Source of the DNA: an uncultured bacterium
GTDB taxonomy: Bacteria > RBG-13-66-14
DNA length: 64,000 nt
Assembly: GCA_964577465.1 (NCBI GenBank)
Contig: CAZNZF010000001.1
Coordinates: forward strand, 68,785-132,784
Direction: 5' to 3'
Part shown: positions 30,696-39,874 of the stretch, one piece after another
Layout: each line of letters begins with the position of its first letter
Numbering within the stretch: the stretch's first letter is position 1
Program-made: the position numbers and the translations under genes
The notes under the pieces: generated by a model
Database searches by the model: none
What the model was told of the DNA's origin: nothing
What the model saw: the letters and a program-made list of their open reading frames with translations, nothing else

Positions 30696-31472
30696 TTAAA
30701 GTCCCCGGCGCTGACGCAGCGCCTCGAAAGCGGCCACCCCGAAAGCCACACTGGCGTTGAGCGACTCGACCTCGCCGAAGAGCGGGATGCGGGCCAAAAA
30801 GTCGCAGGCCAGCTCCACGGCGTGCCCGACCCCTCGACTCTCGGCGCCCACGACTAGCGCGAGCGGTCCCTTCAGGTCGGTGGAGTAGATGGTCTCGCCG
30901 GCGTCTCCGGAAAGCCCCACGCACCAGACGCCCAGCTCTTTAAGGCGCCGGAGCGCCTGGGCGACGTTCGAGACCACGGCCAGGGGGAGGTGGGCCGTCG
31001 CCCCGGCCGAGGCCCGCACCACGGTGCCGGTGACCGGCGCGGCGCGGCGGACGGGGATGACCGCGCCGTGGCACCCGGCGCACTCCGCGGTCCGCAGCAC
31101 CGCGCCCAGGTTGTGCGGGTCCTCCAGATGATCGGTCACCGCGAGGAAAGGCTTCTCGCCGCGCTCCTCGGCGATTTCGACCAGGTCCTCCACGGTGAAC
31201 GTCAGCCGTTCAATCTCGGCCGCCACGCCCTGGTGCCTCTGCGAGCGGCAGATCTGAACCAGCTCCCTCTCCGGGACGACCGAAACCGCGATACCGGCCT
31301 TCCGGGCGTCGGCGGCCAGGGCGGAGATCTTCCGACCGTGCTCGTGCGCCACGTACAGCCGAACCACGCCGGCTCCGGCGCGCAACGCCTCCTGAACGGG
31401 CCTGTAACCGTAAATCAGCTCCAAAGCGGAACGCTCAACGCCAGCAGGCGTAGGTGATTTCGGCGTCCTCAC
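30696..31472 (-). CDS. SpoU/TrmH-family RNA 2-prime-O-methyltransferase (RlmB-like)
   Basis: SPOUT motifs are present (DHLEDPHNLGAVLRTAECAG, LVVGAESRGV, LNASVAFG). The GTG start overlaps the upstream gene; the true start is uncertain. Confidence 0.7.
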   Translation of the reverse strand: MRTPKSPTPAGVERSALELIYGYRPVQEALRAGAGVVRLYVAHEHGRKISALAADARKAGIAVSVVPERELVQICRSQRHQGVAAEIERLTFTVEDLVEIAEERGEKPFLAVTDHLEDPHNLGAVLRTAECAGCHGAVIPVRRAAPVTGTVVRASAGATAHLPLAVVSNVAQALRRLKELGVWCVGLSGDAGETIYSTDLKGPLALVVGAESRGVGHAVELACDFLARIPLFGEVESLNASVAFGVAAFEALRQRRGL

Positions 31473-32382
31473 CGGCCAGGGGCCGGCTCTGGAGGGTTTC
31501 CAGATCGACGATGCGGCTCATCCAGCGCGGCTCGTCGTAAAACGTTACGAGAAGCCATTCCCCGTCGGGACTGGGCCGGGGGAAGAGGACCAGGCCCTCG
31601 ATGCCGGCCACGCGCTCCGCCGCGGGCGAATCCTCCCGTTCCCACGGCTCGTCGAGGCGCAGGATGGAACCGGCGGGAATCTCCCCGGCGTACTCGAAGC
31701 TGTCGAAGTACAGCGCGCCGTCGGGGGCGAACCAGGGCGAGCCCTCGTCGGCCGGGGTGTCGTAAACCTCGAAGATGGTCCCGGTGGCGACGTCGCAGGC
31801 CCAGATGCCCCAATCGGCCTTCGCGCCGCCGGCGCCGTCCCGGTTGCTGGAAAAGACGACCACATCGCCGTCCGGCGGGAGCGTCGGGGACTGGTAGTCG
31901 GCCTCCCCCGGCGTCAGTTGCCGCAGACCCCCGTCGTCGAGGACGAAGAGCTGCCAGCGGCCGGTCACCGGCTCCAGCGCGTCGAAGACGACCGAGCCGG
32001 CCCGGGGGGCCGACGCCGAGGACAGACCGGCGGGGTAGGGCGCCAGGTCGAACCGCCGCTCCGGTTCGCCGAAGCGGTCGCCGGTGAAGGTGAGGGACCA
32101 GAGGGCGGGATCACCCGTATCCGCCCCGGCCCAGGCCCACAGCTCCCGGCCGTCCGGGGACCAGGCCAACTGGTCCACCGGCCCGGTGAAGGGCAGCGGT
32201 ACGGGCTCGTCGAACCGGAGCCCCTCGGAGCCCAGGACCGGCATGTAGAACGCCCGGCTGGAATCTCCCTCGCGGAGGACGAAGGCCGCGCCCATCGGCC
32301 GCCGCCCGATTTTGCAGGACGCGACCATCAACAGGCCGAGAATCAAAAAAATGCGCAGAGCGGTTTTCACCGCAACCCTCAC
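31435..32382 (-). CDS. TolB-like WD40/PD40 beta-propeller lipoprotein
   Basis: Lipobox LLMVASC. PD40-like repeats (WSPDG, FSSNRDG, WFAPDG). Confidence 0.55.
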   Translation of the reverse strand: MRVAVKTALRIFLILGLLMVASCKIGRRPMGAAFVLREGDSSRAFYMPVLGSEGLRFDEPVPLPFTGPVDQLAWSPDGRELWAWAGADTGDPALWSLTFTGDRFGEPERRFDLAPYPAGLSSASAPRAGSVVFDALEPVTGRWQLFVLDDGGLRQLTPGEADYQSPTLPPDGDVVVFSSNRDGAGGAKADWGIWACDVATGTIFEVYDTPADEGSPWFAPDGALYFDSFEYAGEIPAGSILRLDEPWEREDSPAAERVAGIEGLVLFPRPSPDGEWLLVTFYDEPRWMSRIVDLETLQSRPLAGEDAEITYACWR

Positions 32383-32404
32383 TTTCGGGCCGGTTTACAA
32401 GGTA

Positions 32405-32430
32405 AGACGAGGGAATTAGACCCCTTGTCC
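32405..32430. repeat. degenerate copy of CAAGGGG...CCCCTTG palindromic element
   Basis: GACGAGGGAATTAGACCCCTTGTCC lies between two minus-strand genes. Confidence 0.4.
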
Positions 32431-32904
32431 ACTCTTTTCGGAAACCAGCGCCGTCGCCCAGGCCGCGATACCCTCGCCCCGGCCGGTGCAGCCGAGCCCC
32501 TCGGTGGTCGTGGCCTTGACACAGACCCGGCCCGCGTCCAGGCCGAGAATCCGCCCCAGCTTTTCCCGCATCGCCGGAACGTGGGGCGCCAGCTTCGGCC
32601 GCTCGCAGGCGACGACCGCGTCCACGTTGACCACGGCCAATCCGGCCTCGGCGAGCATCCCCGCCACCTCGGCCAGAAGGGCGCAGGAATCGGCCCCGGC
32701 GTATCGGGGATCGTCGTCGGGAAAGTGTTGGCCGATGTCGGGCAGCCCCGCCGCCCCCAACAGGGCATCCATCACCGCGTGGACCAGCACGTCGGCGTCG
32801 GAATGCCCGGCGAGCCCCAGCTCGAAGGGAATCTCGACCCCGCCCAGGACCAGCCTGCGGTCGGGCGTCAGCCGGTGCACGTCGAACCCGATTCCGACCC
32901 TCAT
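32416..32904 (-). CDS. ispF: 2-C-methyl-D-erythritol 2,4-cyclodiphosphate synthase
   Basis: MRVGIGFDVHRL...GHSDADVLVHAVMDALLGA is the canonical IspF pattern. ATG at 32904. Confidence 0.9.
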   Translation of the reverse strand: MRVGIGFDVHRLTPDRRLVLGGVEIPFELGLAGHSDADVLVHAVMDALLGAAGLPDIGQHFPDDDPRYAGADSCALLAEVAGMLAEAGLAVVNVDAVVACERPKLAPHVPAMREKLGRILGLDAGRVCVKATTTEGLGCTGRGEGIAAWATALVSEKSGQGV

Positions 32905-33065
32905 GGGAAAAAACCGCCCAGGGCGTTGCACGGTGTGGATTTTAGGTTTATCCCGCCGGTGTGTCAACACGGCCGACATTCGAGGACCCCTCCGCGGCGG
33001 ACACCGATTCATCGGACGGTAACCCCGGCGTGTGCTATACTTGCGGCGACGCACCACCACCCGAT

Positions 33066-34196
33066 ATGTCGAGAAACATCCTCATAGCTCTGACGGTAAT
33101 CTCCTCGCTCGCCGCGGCCGGCGACCTCCGCCCGGACCTCTCGAGCCTGGACGACTATACCTGCCGGGCGGAATTCGACCCGTTCGCGTCCGTGGCGCTC
33201 AAGCCCGACCTCACCAGCCTCGACGATTACCGCGCCCCGGAGGAGTTCCAAATCGAGGCTAAGCTGCGCGGCGAGCCCTCGCCGGGCGAATCCGCCGCGG
33301 TGTGGGAGGAGATAAACCGCGCCCAGGCGGCCGGCGAGTCCCTCCTGCGGCGCGAACCCATCGTCTGGGAGACTCTGGCCGACTACCGGCCCTACGAGAA
33401 GGTGGGGCAGCCGCGCCTGTTGTACGACGTGGCCCGGGCGGACGAATGGGCCGACCCCCGGCGCGAGCGCGGCGAGAGGCCCAAGGTCTCCATCCTGATG
33501 TACCACGACATCCGCGACGCCTCCCGGTACTCCACCGTCATCACCCCCTGGCAGTTCGAGGAGGAGGTGCGCTGGCTGACGGAAGAGGGGTACCTTTTTA
33601 TCACGATAAGCCAATTGCTCGACGCCGTCTACTCCGGCGGCGGAGACCTGCCGCCCCGCTGCGTGGCGCTGACCTTCGACGACGGCTGGAGCGGCGTCTA
33701 CCGTTACGCCTACCCGATTCTAAAGAAATACGGCGCCACGGCCACCCTGTACCTCTACACGAACTACATCGGCGTCGGCGGCCGGTCCAACACCTGGGAC
33801 CAGTACCGGGAGATGCTGGCCAACGGCTTCGAAATCGGCAGCCACACGGTTTCCCACTGCGACCTGACCAACCGGGGCGCGTGGAGCGGCCGGGGCTCCA
33901 AGCCCCCGTCGGGGCAGGGAACCTACACCCAGAGGCTCATGCACGAGCTGACGGACTCCCGGCTCATCCTCGAGGAGCACCTGGGGGTGCCCATCCGGAG
34001 CCTGGCCCTGCCCTACGGCGCCTACGACGACTACGTGCTCAAGAGCGCGCTTCTGGCCGGGTACGAGGGCGTCCTCACCATCAAGGCCGGCAACACCTTT
34101 GTGGACGCCGACACGAACGAAATCGAGCTCCGGCGCTGGAATATCGTCCCGTCCATGGGCCTGGCGACCTTCATCGAACGCCTGGACCGGGAATGA
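33066..34196 (+). CDS. polysaccharide deacetylase (CE4 NodB-homology) family exported protein
   Basis: Signal peptide ILIALTVISSLAAAG. NodB motifs are present (LTFDDGW, GSHTVSHCDL, LALPYG). Confidence 0.7.
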   Translation: MSRNILIALTVISSLAAAGDLRPDLSSLDDYTCRAEFDPFASVALKPDLTSLDDYRAPEEFQIEAKLRGEPSPGESAAVWEEINRAQAAGESLLRREPIVWETLADYRPYEKVGQPRLLYDVARADEWADPRRERGERPKVSILMYHDIRDASRYSTVITPWQFEEEVRWLTEEGYLFITISQLLDAVYSGGGDLPPRCVALTFDDGWSGVYRYAYPILKKYGATATLYLYTNYIGVGGRSNTWDQYREMLANGFEIGSHTVSHCDLTNRGAWSGRGSKPPSGQGTYTQRLMHELTDSRLILEEHLGVPIRSLALPYGAYDDYVLKSALLAGYEGVLTIKAGNTFVDADTNEIELRRWNIVPSMGLATFIERLDRE

Positions 34197-35530
34197 CGGC
34201 GCGATTCGACGCACGCTCGGCGGCCTGGGAGGCGCTCCGAGGCGTGGCCGCCGGGAAGGGGGACGCCGAGCCCCTGCTGCGCGGGTTGCTGGCCGACGCC
34301 GAGTTGCCGTCCGTAGAGCGGCGGCTGGCCTTCGAGCTGACCCTGGGAACCCTGCGCAAGCGGGGTTGTCTCGACTACGGGCTGGAACGGTATCTGACCC
34401 GGCCCCTGAGGGAATTACACCCCGACCTGCGCGAGCTCCTGCGCCTGGGGGCCTACCAGCTCCTGGAGCTGGACCGCGTCCCGGCCTACGCCGCCGTGGA
34501 CCGGACGGTGGAGCTGGCCCGAAAACTGAGCACGACGCGGAAGGCCGCGGGGCTGGTAAACGCCGTCCTGCGGCGATTGAGCGAGGGCCGCCCCGAACCG
34601 CCCGACGCGACCACGGACCCCGTCGGGCATTTGACAGTGACCGGCAGCCACCCCCGCTGGCTGGTGAAGCGGTGGCTGGAGCGCTACGGCATCGAGGAGA
34701 CCGCCCGGCTGTGCGCTGCGGACAACGAGCCGCCCGACACCTTCGTTTTCCTCAATCCCTTCCGGACGGCCGGGGAGGATTTTCGTAAAATCGTCCCGGA
34801 CGCCGAGGCGGTGGAGGGATTCCCCGGCTGCTACCGGCTCGCCCGCGGGGGAGACCTGACCGCGAGCGGGGCATACCTGGAGGGCAAGGTTTACGCCGCC
34901 GATCCCGCGACGGCGCTGGCGGCGACGGCGCTGGACCCCCGACCCGGCGAAATGATTCTGGACGCCTGCTCGGCCCCCGGGGGCAAGCTCTTCCACCTGC
35001 ACCGCCTGGCCGGCGAAGGGTTGAAAACCGTGGCGCTGGAGGTTTCGCCCCGGCGGTGCGCCACCCTCGTCGAAAATTTCCGCCGGCTCGGCCTGCCCGC
35101 GGCGGTGGTCAACGGCGACCTGCTGCTCCCGCCGCTTATTAAAAGCCGATTCGACAAGGTTCTTCTCGACGCGCCCTGCTCCAACACCGGCGTCCTCCGG
35201 CGCCGGGTCGAGGCGCGGTGGCGGCGCAGGCCGGAGGACATCAAGGCCCTGGCGCGCCTGCAGCTCGACCTGCTCACCTCGGCCTGTCGTTTGGTAAAAT
35301 CGGGGGGGCTGGTGGCCTATTCCACCTGCTCCCTGGAACCCGAGGAGAACGAGGGCGTGGTGGAACGGTTTTTGGGCGGACGGGGCGATTTTCAGCACAC
35401 ACCCGCCGTAGTTGGGCTGGATGACGACCTGCGGGAGCGCTTCGGGGATTCCGCGGGCTATGTACGTACCCTGCCGCACAGAAGCGGAACCGACGGAGCC
35501 TTCGTGGCGCTCTTGCGGAGGGTGAGGTAG
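34193..35530 (+). CDS. rsmB: 16S rRNA m5C methyltransferase RsmB/Sun (NusB-like N-domain plus SAM MTase)
   Basis: The N-terminus is NusB-like. MTase motifs are present (ILDACSAPGGK, DKVLLDAPCSNTGV, TCS). The ATG overlaps the upstream stop. Confidence 0.8.
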   Translation: MTARFDARSAAWEALRGVAAGKGDAEPLLRGLLADAELPSVERRLAFELTLGTLRKRGCLDYGLERYLTRPLRELHPDLRELLRLGAYQLLELDRVPAYAAVDRTVELARKLSTTRKAAGLVNAVLRRLSEGRPEPPDATTDPVGHLTVTGSHPRWLVKRWLERYGIEETARLCAADNEPPDTFVFLNPFRTAGEDFRKIVPDAEAVEGFPGCYRLARGGDLTASGAYLEGKVYAADPATALAATALDPRPGEMILDACSAPGGKLFHLHRLAGEGLKTVALEVSPRRCATLVENFRRLGLPAAVVNGDLLLPPLIKSRFDKVLLDAPCSNTGVLRRRVEARWRRRPEDIKALARLQLDLLTSACRLVKSGGLVAYSTCSLEPEENEGVVERFLGGRGDFQHTPAVVGLDDDLRERFGDSAGYVRTLPHRSGTDGAFVALLRRVR

Positions 35531-35545
35531 CCTTTCCGGCGACGG

Positions 35546-36520
35546 ATGGGGTATGATTGGCTGAACAATAGAAACAAGCGGTGGCGGATGAACGACCAGA
35601 AAGACAGCGGAACGGGGTTCGGTCTCGACTCGCAATCCCAGGACCGGCCGAAGTTCGAGGGGTTCGGCTTCGATGAGCCGGCCGGGCAGCCGGCCCCCCT
35701 CACCAAGAAACCGCGGTCCGGGAAACTCGCCCGTCTGAGGACCGTGCTGCTCTACATCGGCCTGGCCGTGGGCGCCCTCGTCGTCGGCATGCTTCTGGCC
35801 AATTTCATCATCATGCCCCTGTTGGTGGGGGGCGAGGAGGTCGAGGTCCCCGACCTGACGAACATGAGCTTCGAGGCGGCGTCCTCCCAGTTGGTCGAAA
35901 TGGGCCTCAACTACGAGAAGGTGGCCGAGGAGTACTCGGCGGACGTGCCGGCCGGGTACGTCGTCAGCCAGCGTCAGGAACCGGGGATGAACGTGCGCCC
36001 GGGCCGCATCATCGAGCTCACCGTCTCCGCCGGTTCCGAGGACGTCCGCATCCCCAACGTGACCAAGATGAGCCAGCGCCAGGCCGAGGACGTCCTGCGC
36101 CGCGCCGGGCTGGTGGTGGGCAAGGTCCGCGAAAGCTACGACCCCAACGTCCCGGAAGGCTCGGTCATCGGCCAGAACCCCGAGCCGGGGCGCGAGGTGC
36201 CGCGCGGAACCAGAATAGACCTCCTCGTCTCGCTGGGCTCCGAGGAGACCACCTTCAAGATGCCGAACCTGGTCGGCGCCGATTACCGCACCGCCGTCAG
36301 CCGCGTCTCCACCTGGGAACTGGTGATGGGGGACACCACCTTCGAATTTTCCTCCAGCATCCCGCCGGGCCACATCATCCGCCAGTCCCCCGAGGTCGGC
36401 GCGACGGTGGTCCGGGGCGACACGGTGACCGTGGTAATAAGCAAGGGCCCGCCCACCGGCGGTGAGACGGTCCCGACGCCCGAGGGTGGCGGGGAAACGC
36501 CGCCGCCGGACACCTTCTGA
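35546..36520 (+). CDS. membrane-anchored protein with three PASTA domains (no kinase or PBP domain)
   Basis: TM helix LLYIGLAVGALVVGMLLANFII is followed by three repeats of the PASTA pattern (VPDLTNMS..., IPNVTKMS..., MPNLVGAD...). Confidence 0.7.
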   Translation: MGYDWLNNRNKRWRMNDQKDSGTGFGLDSQSQDRPKFEGFGFDEPAGQPAPLTKKPRSGKLARLRTVLLYIGLAVGALVVGMLLANFIIMPLLVGGEEVEVPDLTNMSFEAASSQLVEMGLNYEKVAEEYSADVPAGYVVSQRQEPGMNVRPGRIIELTVSAGSEDVRIPNVTKMSQRQAEDVLRRAGLVVGKVRESYDPNVPEGSVIGQNPEPGREVPRGTRIDLLVSLGSEETTFKMPNLVGADYRTAVSRVSTWELVMGDTTFEFSSSIPPGHIIRQSPEVGATVVRGDTVTVVISKGPPTGGETVPTPEGGGETPPPDTF

Positions 36521-36527
36521 GGAAGGA

Positions 36528-36582
36528 GACAAGGGGTTTAACCGAGCTTTAGCGAGCTACGCCCCGGCGAAACCCCTTGCCT
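36528..36582 (+). repeat. palindromic CAAGGGGTT...AACCCCTTG element with 33-nt AACCGAGC...GGCGAAA insert in loop
   Basis: GACAAGGGGTTTAACCGAGCTTTAGCGAGCTACGCCCCGGCGAAACCCCTTGCC. The same composite occurs at 1061-1113. Confidence 0.7.
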
Positions 36583-36585
36583 GTG

Positions 36586-37230
36586 ATGGCCGTAAAAATC
36601 GTCCCCAGCATCCTCTCCGCCGACCAGGCCGACCTGGGCGCCGTCGTCCGCCGGTTGCTGAACGCCGGGTTGGAGACAATCCACCTCGACGTGATGGACG
36701 GCAACTTCGTGCCGCCCATAACCTTCGGCGCCAAGCTCCTGGCCGATTTGAAGGGCGCGGTGGGGGGTATTTACGACGCGCACCTCATGGTCGCCCGTCC
36801 CGAGGCGCAGCTCGAGCTCTTCGCCGAGGCGGGGGCGGACTGGATAACCGTGCACCAGGAGGCCGCGCCCCACGTCCACCGGCTCCTGAACAGAATCAAA
36901 TCCCTCGGCAAAAAGGCCGGCGTCTCCATCAACCCCGGCACCCCCGTCGTTCAGCTAGAGCCGCTACTGGGCTCGGCGGACCTCTTCCTCATCATGACCG
37001 TCAACCCCGGCTGGGGCGGGCAGGGGATGATAGAAACCTGCCTGGACAAGGTGCGCTGGCTGAAGGAGCGCGTGGGCACGCCGGTTATGGTGGACGGGGG
37101 GGTCAACGAGAAAACGATGGCCAAGGTCGCGCAGTCTGGTGCGGACCTGGCCGTGGTCGGCAGCGCCCTGTTCAAGGGCGATTTGAACGAAATACTGGCC
37201 CGCCTCCGGGCCGAGGGCGCGGCCCCCTGA
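36586..37230 (+). CDS. rpe: ribulose-phosphate 3-epimerase
   Basis: Rpe pattern throughout (SILSADQADLG...HLDVMDGNFVP). The start is uncertain (TTG 36577, GTG 36583 or ATG 36586). Confidence 0.85.
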   Translation: MAVKIVPSILSADQADLGAVVRRLLNAGLETIHLDVMDGNFVPPITFGAKLLADLKGAVGGIYDAHLMVARPEAQLELFAEAGADWITVHQEAAPHVHRLLNRIKSLGKKAGVSINPGTPVVQLEPLLGSADLFLIMTVNPGWGGQGMIETCLDKVRWLKERVGTPVMVDGGVNEKTMAKVAQSGADLAVVGSALFKGDLNEILARLRAEGAAP

Positions 37231-37297
37231 GCCTCGCCCCTCAACGCTCGTCTCGCAATCCCGGGGCTGACGCGTCAGCCCCTTTCCGGGCCGCCGC

Positions 37298-38665
37298 ATG
37301 TTCGACCGCATCACAGACCGGCTCTCCGCCGTCTTCAAGAAGCTCACCGGGCGGGGGAAGCTCACCGAGGCGAACGTCTCCGACGCCCTGCGGGAAGTGC
37401 GCGTCGCCCTCCTGGAGGCCGACGTCAGCCTCGCCGTGGTGAAGGGCTTTCTGGAGGGGGTGCGGGCCGGTGCGCTGGGCGAGGCCGTCCTGGGCTCGCT
37501 GACGCCGGGGCAGCAGTTCATCGGCGTGGTGCAGCGGGAGCTGACCGCGCTCCTGGCGAAAAACGCCGGTGAATTCAACCTCCCCGTGCCGGCCACGGTG
37601 ATGCTGGTGGGCCTGCAGGGGTCTGGGAAGACGACCACGGCGGCCAAGCTGGCCCGCTGGTATTCGAAACACGGCGACCGGCGCTCGCTCCTGGCGGCCT
37701 GCGACGTTCAACGCCCGGCGGCGAGGGAGCAGTTGGAAATTTTAGCCGGGCACGTAGGAGCGGAATCTTTCCCTGAAAAATTCACCGCCGACGCCGTGGG
37801 CACGGCGCTGTCCGCCAAGCGTCAGGCCGATCGGCGCAACCTGGACCTGACGGTGGTGGACACGGCGGGCCGGCTGCAGATCGACGAGCCGCTGATGGCC
37901 GAGCTGGCGGAGATGAAGGGGAAGCTGCGGCCCCAGGCGGTTTTCCTGGTCGTGGACGCCGCCTCGGGCCAGGAGGCGCTGGGCGTCGCGGAGGCCTTCC
38001 ACGGGCGGCTGGGGCTGGACGGGGTCGTCGTGAGCCGGCTGGACGGCGACGCCCGGGGCGGCTGCATCCTCTCCATCGCCGGCGGCCTGGGGGTGCCCCT
38101 CCGCTTCGTCGGCACCGGCGAGAACCCCGACGACCTGGAGCCCTTCGACCCCGACCGCCTCTCCCGGCGCATCCTCGGCCTGGGCGACGTGGTGGGGCTG
38201 GTGGAGAAGGCTCGGCATGCCTTCGACGCCCGGCAGGCCGAGCGCCTGGCGGAGAGGGCGGTCAAGGGCGGCTTCGACATGGAAGACTTCGCCGAGCAGC
38301 TCCGGGGAATCCAGAAGATGGGCCGGATGGCCGACATCCTGGCGCTGGTCCCCGGCATGCGCCGGTTCGCGCAGGGGTCCGACGGGGAGGGGCTGGACCG
38401 GGGGATGAAGCGGGCGGCGGCGATAATGGACTCCATGACCCCCGACGAGCGCCGGCACCCCAACCTCATCGACGGCTCGCGGCGGCGGCGCATCGCTGCG
38501 GGCTCCGGCACGACCACCGCCGACGTGAACCGCCTCCTGGCCCAGTACCGCTCCATGGCCAAGGCCTTCGACGGGCTTTCGGGAAAGAAGGGCCGGCGGA
38601 TGATGCAGCGGTTGGGGCTCGACCCCGACCGGCTCCCCGAGCTCCCGCCGGAGGCGCTCCGATGA
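37298..38665 (+). CDS. ffh: signal recognition particle protein Ffh
   Basis: N-domain, G-domain (GLQGSGKTTT, DTAGR) and a Met-rich M-domain. Confidence 0.9.
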   Translation: MFDRITDRLSAVFKKLTGRGKLTEANVSDALREVRVALLEADVSLAVVKGFLEGVRAGALGEAVLGSLTPGQQFIGVVQRELTALLAKNAGEFNLPVPATVMLVGLQGSGKTTTAAKLARWYSKHGDRRSLLAACDVQRPAAREQLEILAGHVGAESFPEKFTADAVGTALSAKRQADRRNLDLTVVDTAGRLQIDEPLMAELAEMKGKLRPQAVFLVVDAASGQEALGVAEAFHGRLGLDGVVVSRLDGDARGGCILSIAGGLGVPLRFVGTGENPDDLEPFDPDRLSRRILGLGDVVGLVEKARHAFDARQAERLAERAVKGGFDMEDFAEQLRGIQKMGRMADILALVPGMRRFAQGSDGEGLDRGMKRAAAIMDSMTPDERRHPNLIDGSRRRRIAAGSGTTTADVNRLLAQYRSMAKAFDGLSGKKGRRMMQRLGLDPDRLPELPPEALR

Positions 38666-39795
38666 ACGTTCTGCTCCTCACCCACGATTACCCGCCGGCC
38701 AATCCCGGCGGGATGAGCTTCGGCTACCGCAACCTGATGGCCCACTGGCCGCGGGGGGCCCGCGTCGTCCTGACCCCGGCCCACCCCGACGGCCCGGCCT
38801 CGGAACGGCGGGACGGGGTGTTTGTGCACCGCATCCCGCTCAAGCCGCTTAACCTGCGCCCGTGGTACCGGACGGCCCTCCGCCTGGCTCACGAGCACGA
38901 CGTCGAGCTGATTCTCTGCGGGAACGCCAGCCCCTTCCGCTACGTCGCCGACCGGCTGATGAAACGGGACCGCCTGCCCTACGTCCTCTTCTTTCACGGA
39001 AACGACCTGATGCGGCTGGCCGCGCGTATCCGCCGCTCACCCTGGCACCGTTTGAGCTGGCGCGGGACCCGGCGGCGGCTGACCGCCCTCAGCGTCAACA
39101 CGCGCCACGTCGCCGGTCTCGCCGAGCGGCTCCTGGGCGTCGACACCGGGAGAATCATCGTCTCGCCCCCCGGGGTGGACGACCGTTTTCTGGGTCTCGA
39201 AATCGAGCCGCCCCGCTTCGCGCCCGGTGAGCCGGTGCGCCTGGTGACCGTGGGCCGGCTCACGCCGCGCAAGGGGGTGGACCGGGTCATCGAGTCCCTT
39301 CCGCTCCTCGTAAGCCGCGGCCACGACGTACGCTACCGCGTCGTAGGGAGGGGGGACCAGGAACCTTATAGTGAACTGGCCCGCCGCCTGGGGGTGGACG
39401 ACCGGGTGAGCTTCGCCGGGTTCGTGGACGACCGGGGGCTGGAAGAGGAGCTCCGGGCCTGCGACATCTTCGTCATGGTCTCGCGCGTGATGGAGGAGGG
39501 CCGGGACCTGGAGGGCTTCGGCATCGTGTACCTCGAGGCCGGGGCGTTCAAGCGGCCCGTCGTGGCCGGTGCCACGGGCGGCGTTCCCGACGCGGTCCTC
39601 GACGGCGAAACCGGCTTTCTGGTGGGCGACCCGGACTCGGCCGGGGAGGTTGCGCAAAAAATCGCGCGCGTGCTCCGGGACCCGGAAAGGGCCCGGGCCA
39701 TGGCCGAGCGGGCCTACGAGAGGGTCAACCGCGAATTCCCCTGGGAGGTGCGCGACGCGGAACTCTACCGGGAGCTCACCCGGCGGTTGAAATAA
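38662..39795 (+). CDS. glycosyltransferase family 4
   Basis: LLLTHDYPPANPGG at the N-terminus and GFGIVYLEAGAFKRPVVAGATGGVPDAV at the C-terminus. The ATG overlaps the ffh stop by 4 nt. Confidence 0.75.
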   Translation: MNVLLLTHDYPPANPGGMSFGYRNLMAHWPRGARVVLTPAHPDGPASERRDGVFVHRIPLKPLNLRPWYRTALRLAHEHDVELILCGNASPFRYVADRLMKRDRLPYVLFFHGNDLMRLAARIRRSPWHRLSWRGTRRRLTALSVNTRHVAGLAERLLGVDTGRIIVSPPGVDDRFLGLEIEPPRFAPGEPVRLVTVGRLTPRKGVDRVIESLPLLVSRGHDVRYRVVGRGDQEPYSELARRLGVDDRVSFAGFVDDRGLEEELRACDIFVMVSRVMEEGRDLEGFGIVYLEAGAFKRPVVAGATGGVPDAVLDGETGFLVGDPDSAGEVAQKIARVLRDPERARAMAERAYERVNREFPWEVRDAELYRELTRRLK

Positions 39796-39811
39796 CCCTG
39801 ATTGTTTTTGA

Positions 39812-39850
39812 ATTAAAAAAGGCCGACCTCGGAGTCGGCTTTTTAAAAAA
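39812..39850. terminator. bidirectional rho-independent terminator
   Basis: AAAAAA GCCGACCTCGGAGTCGGC TTTTT lies between convergent genes. Confidence 0.65.
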
Positions 39851-39874
39851 ATCCCCGGCGCGACCGGAACCTCT

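Noticed and set aside
37230-37300. SRP RNA (4.5S) expected near ffh.
   Set aside because: No GGAAGGAAGCAGC-type domain IV motif was seen next to ffh or in other intergenic regions of the window. It probably lies elsewhere in the genome.
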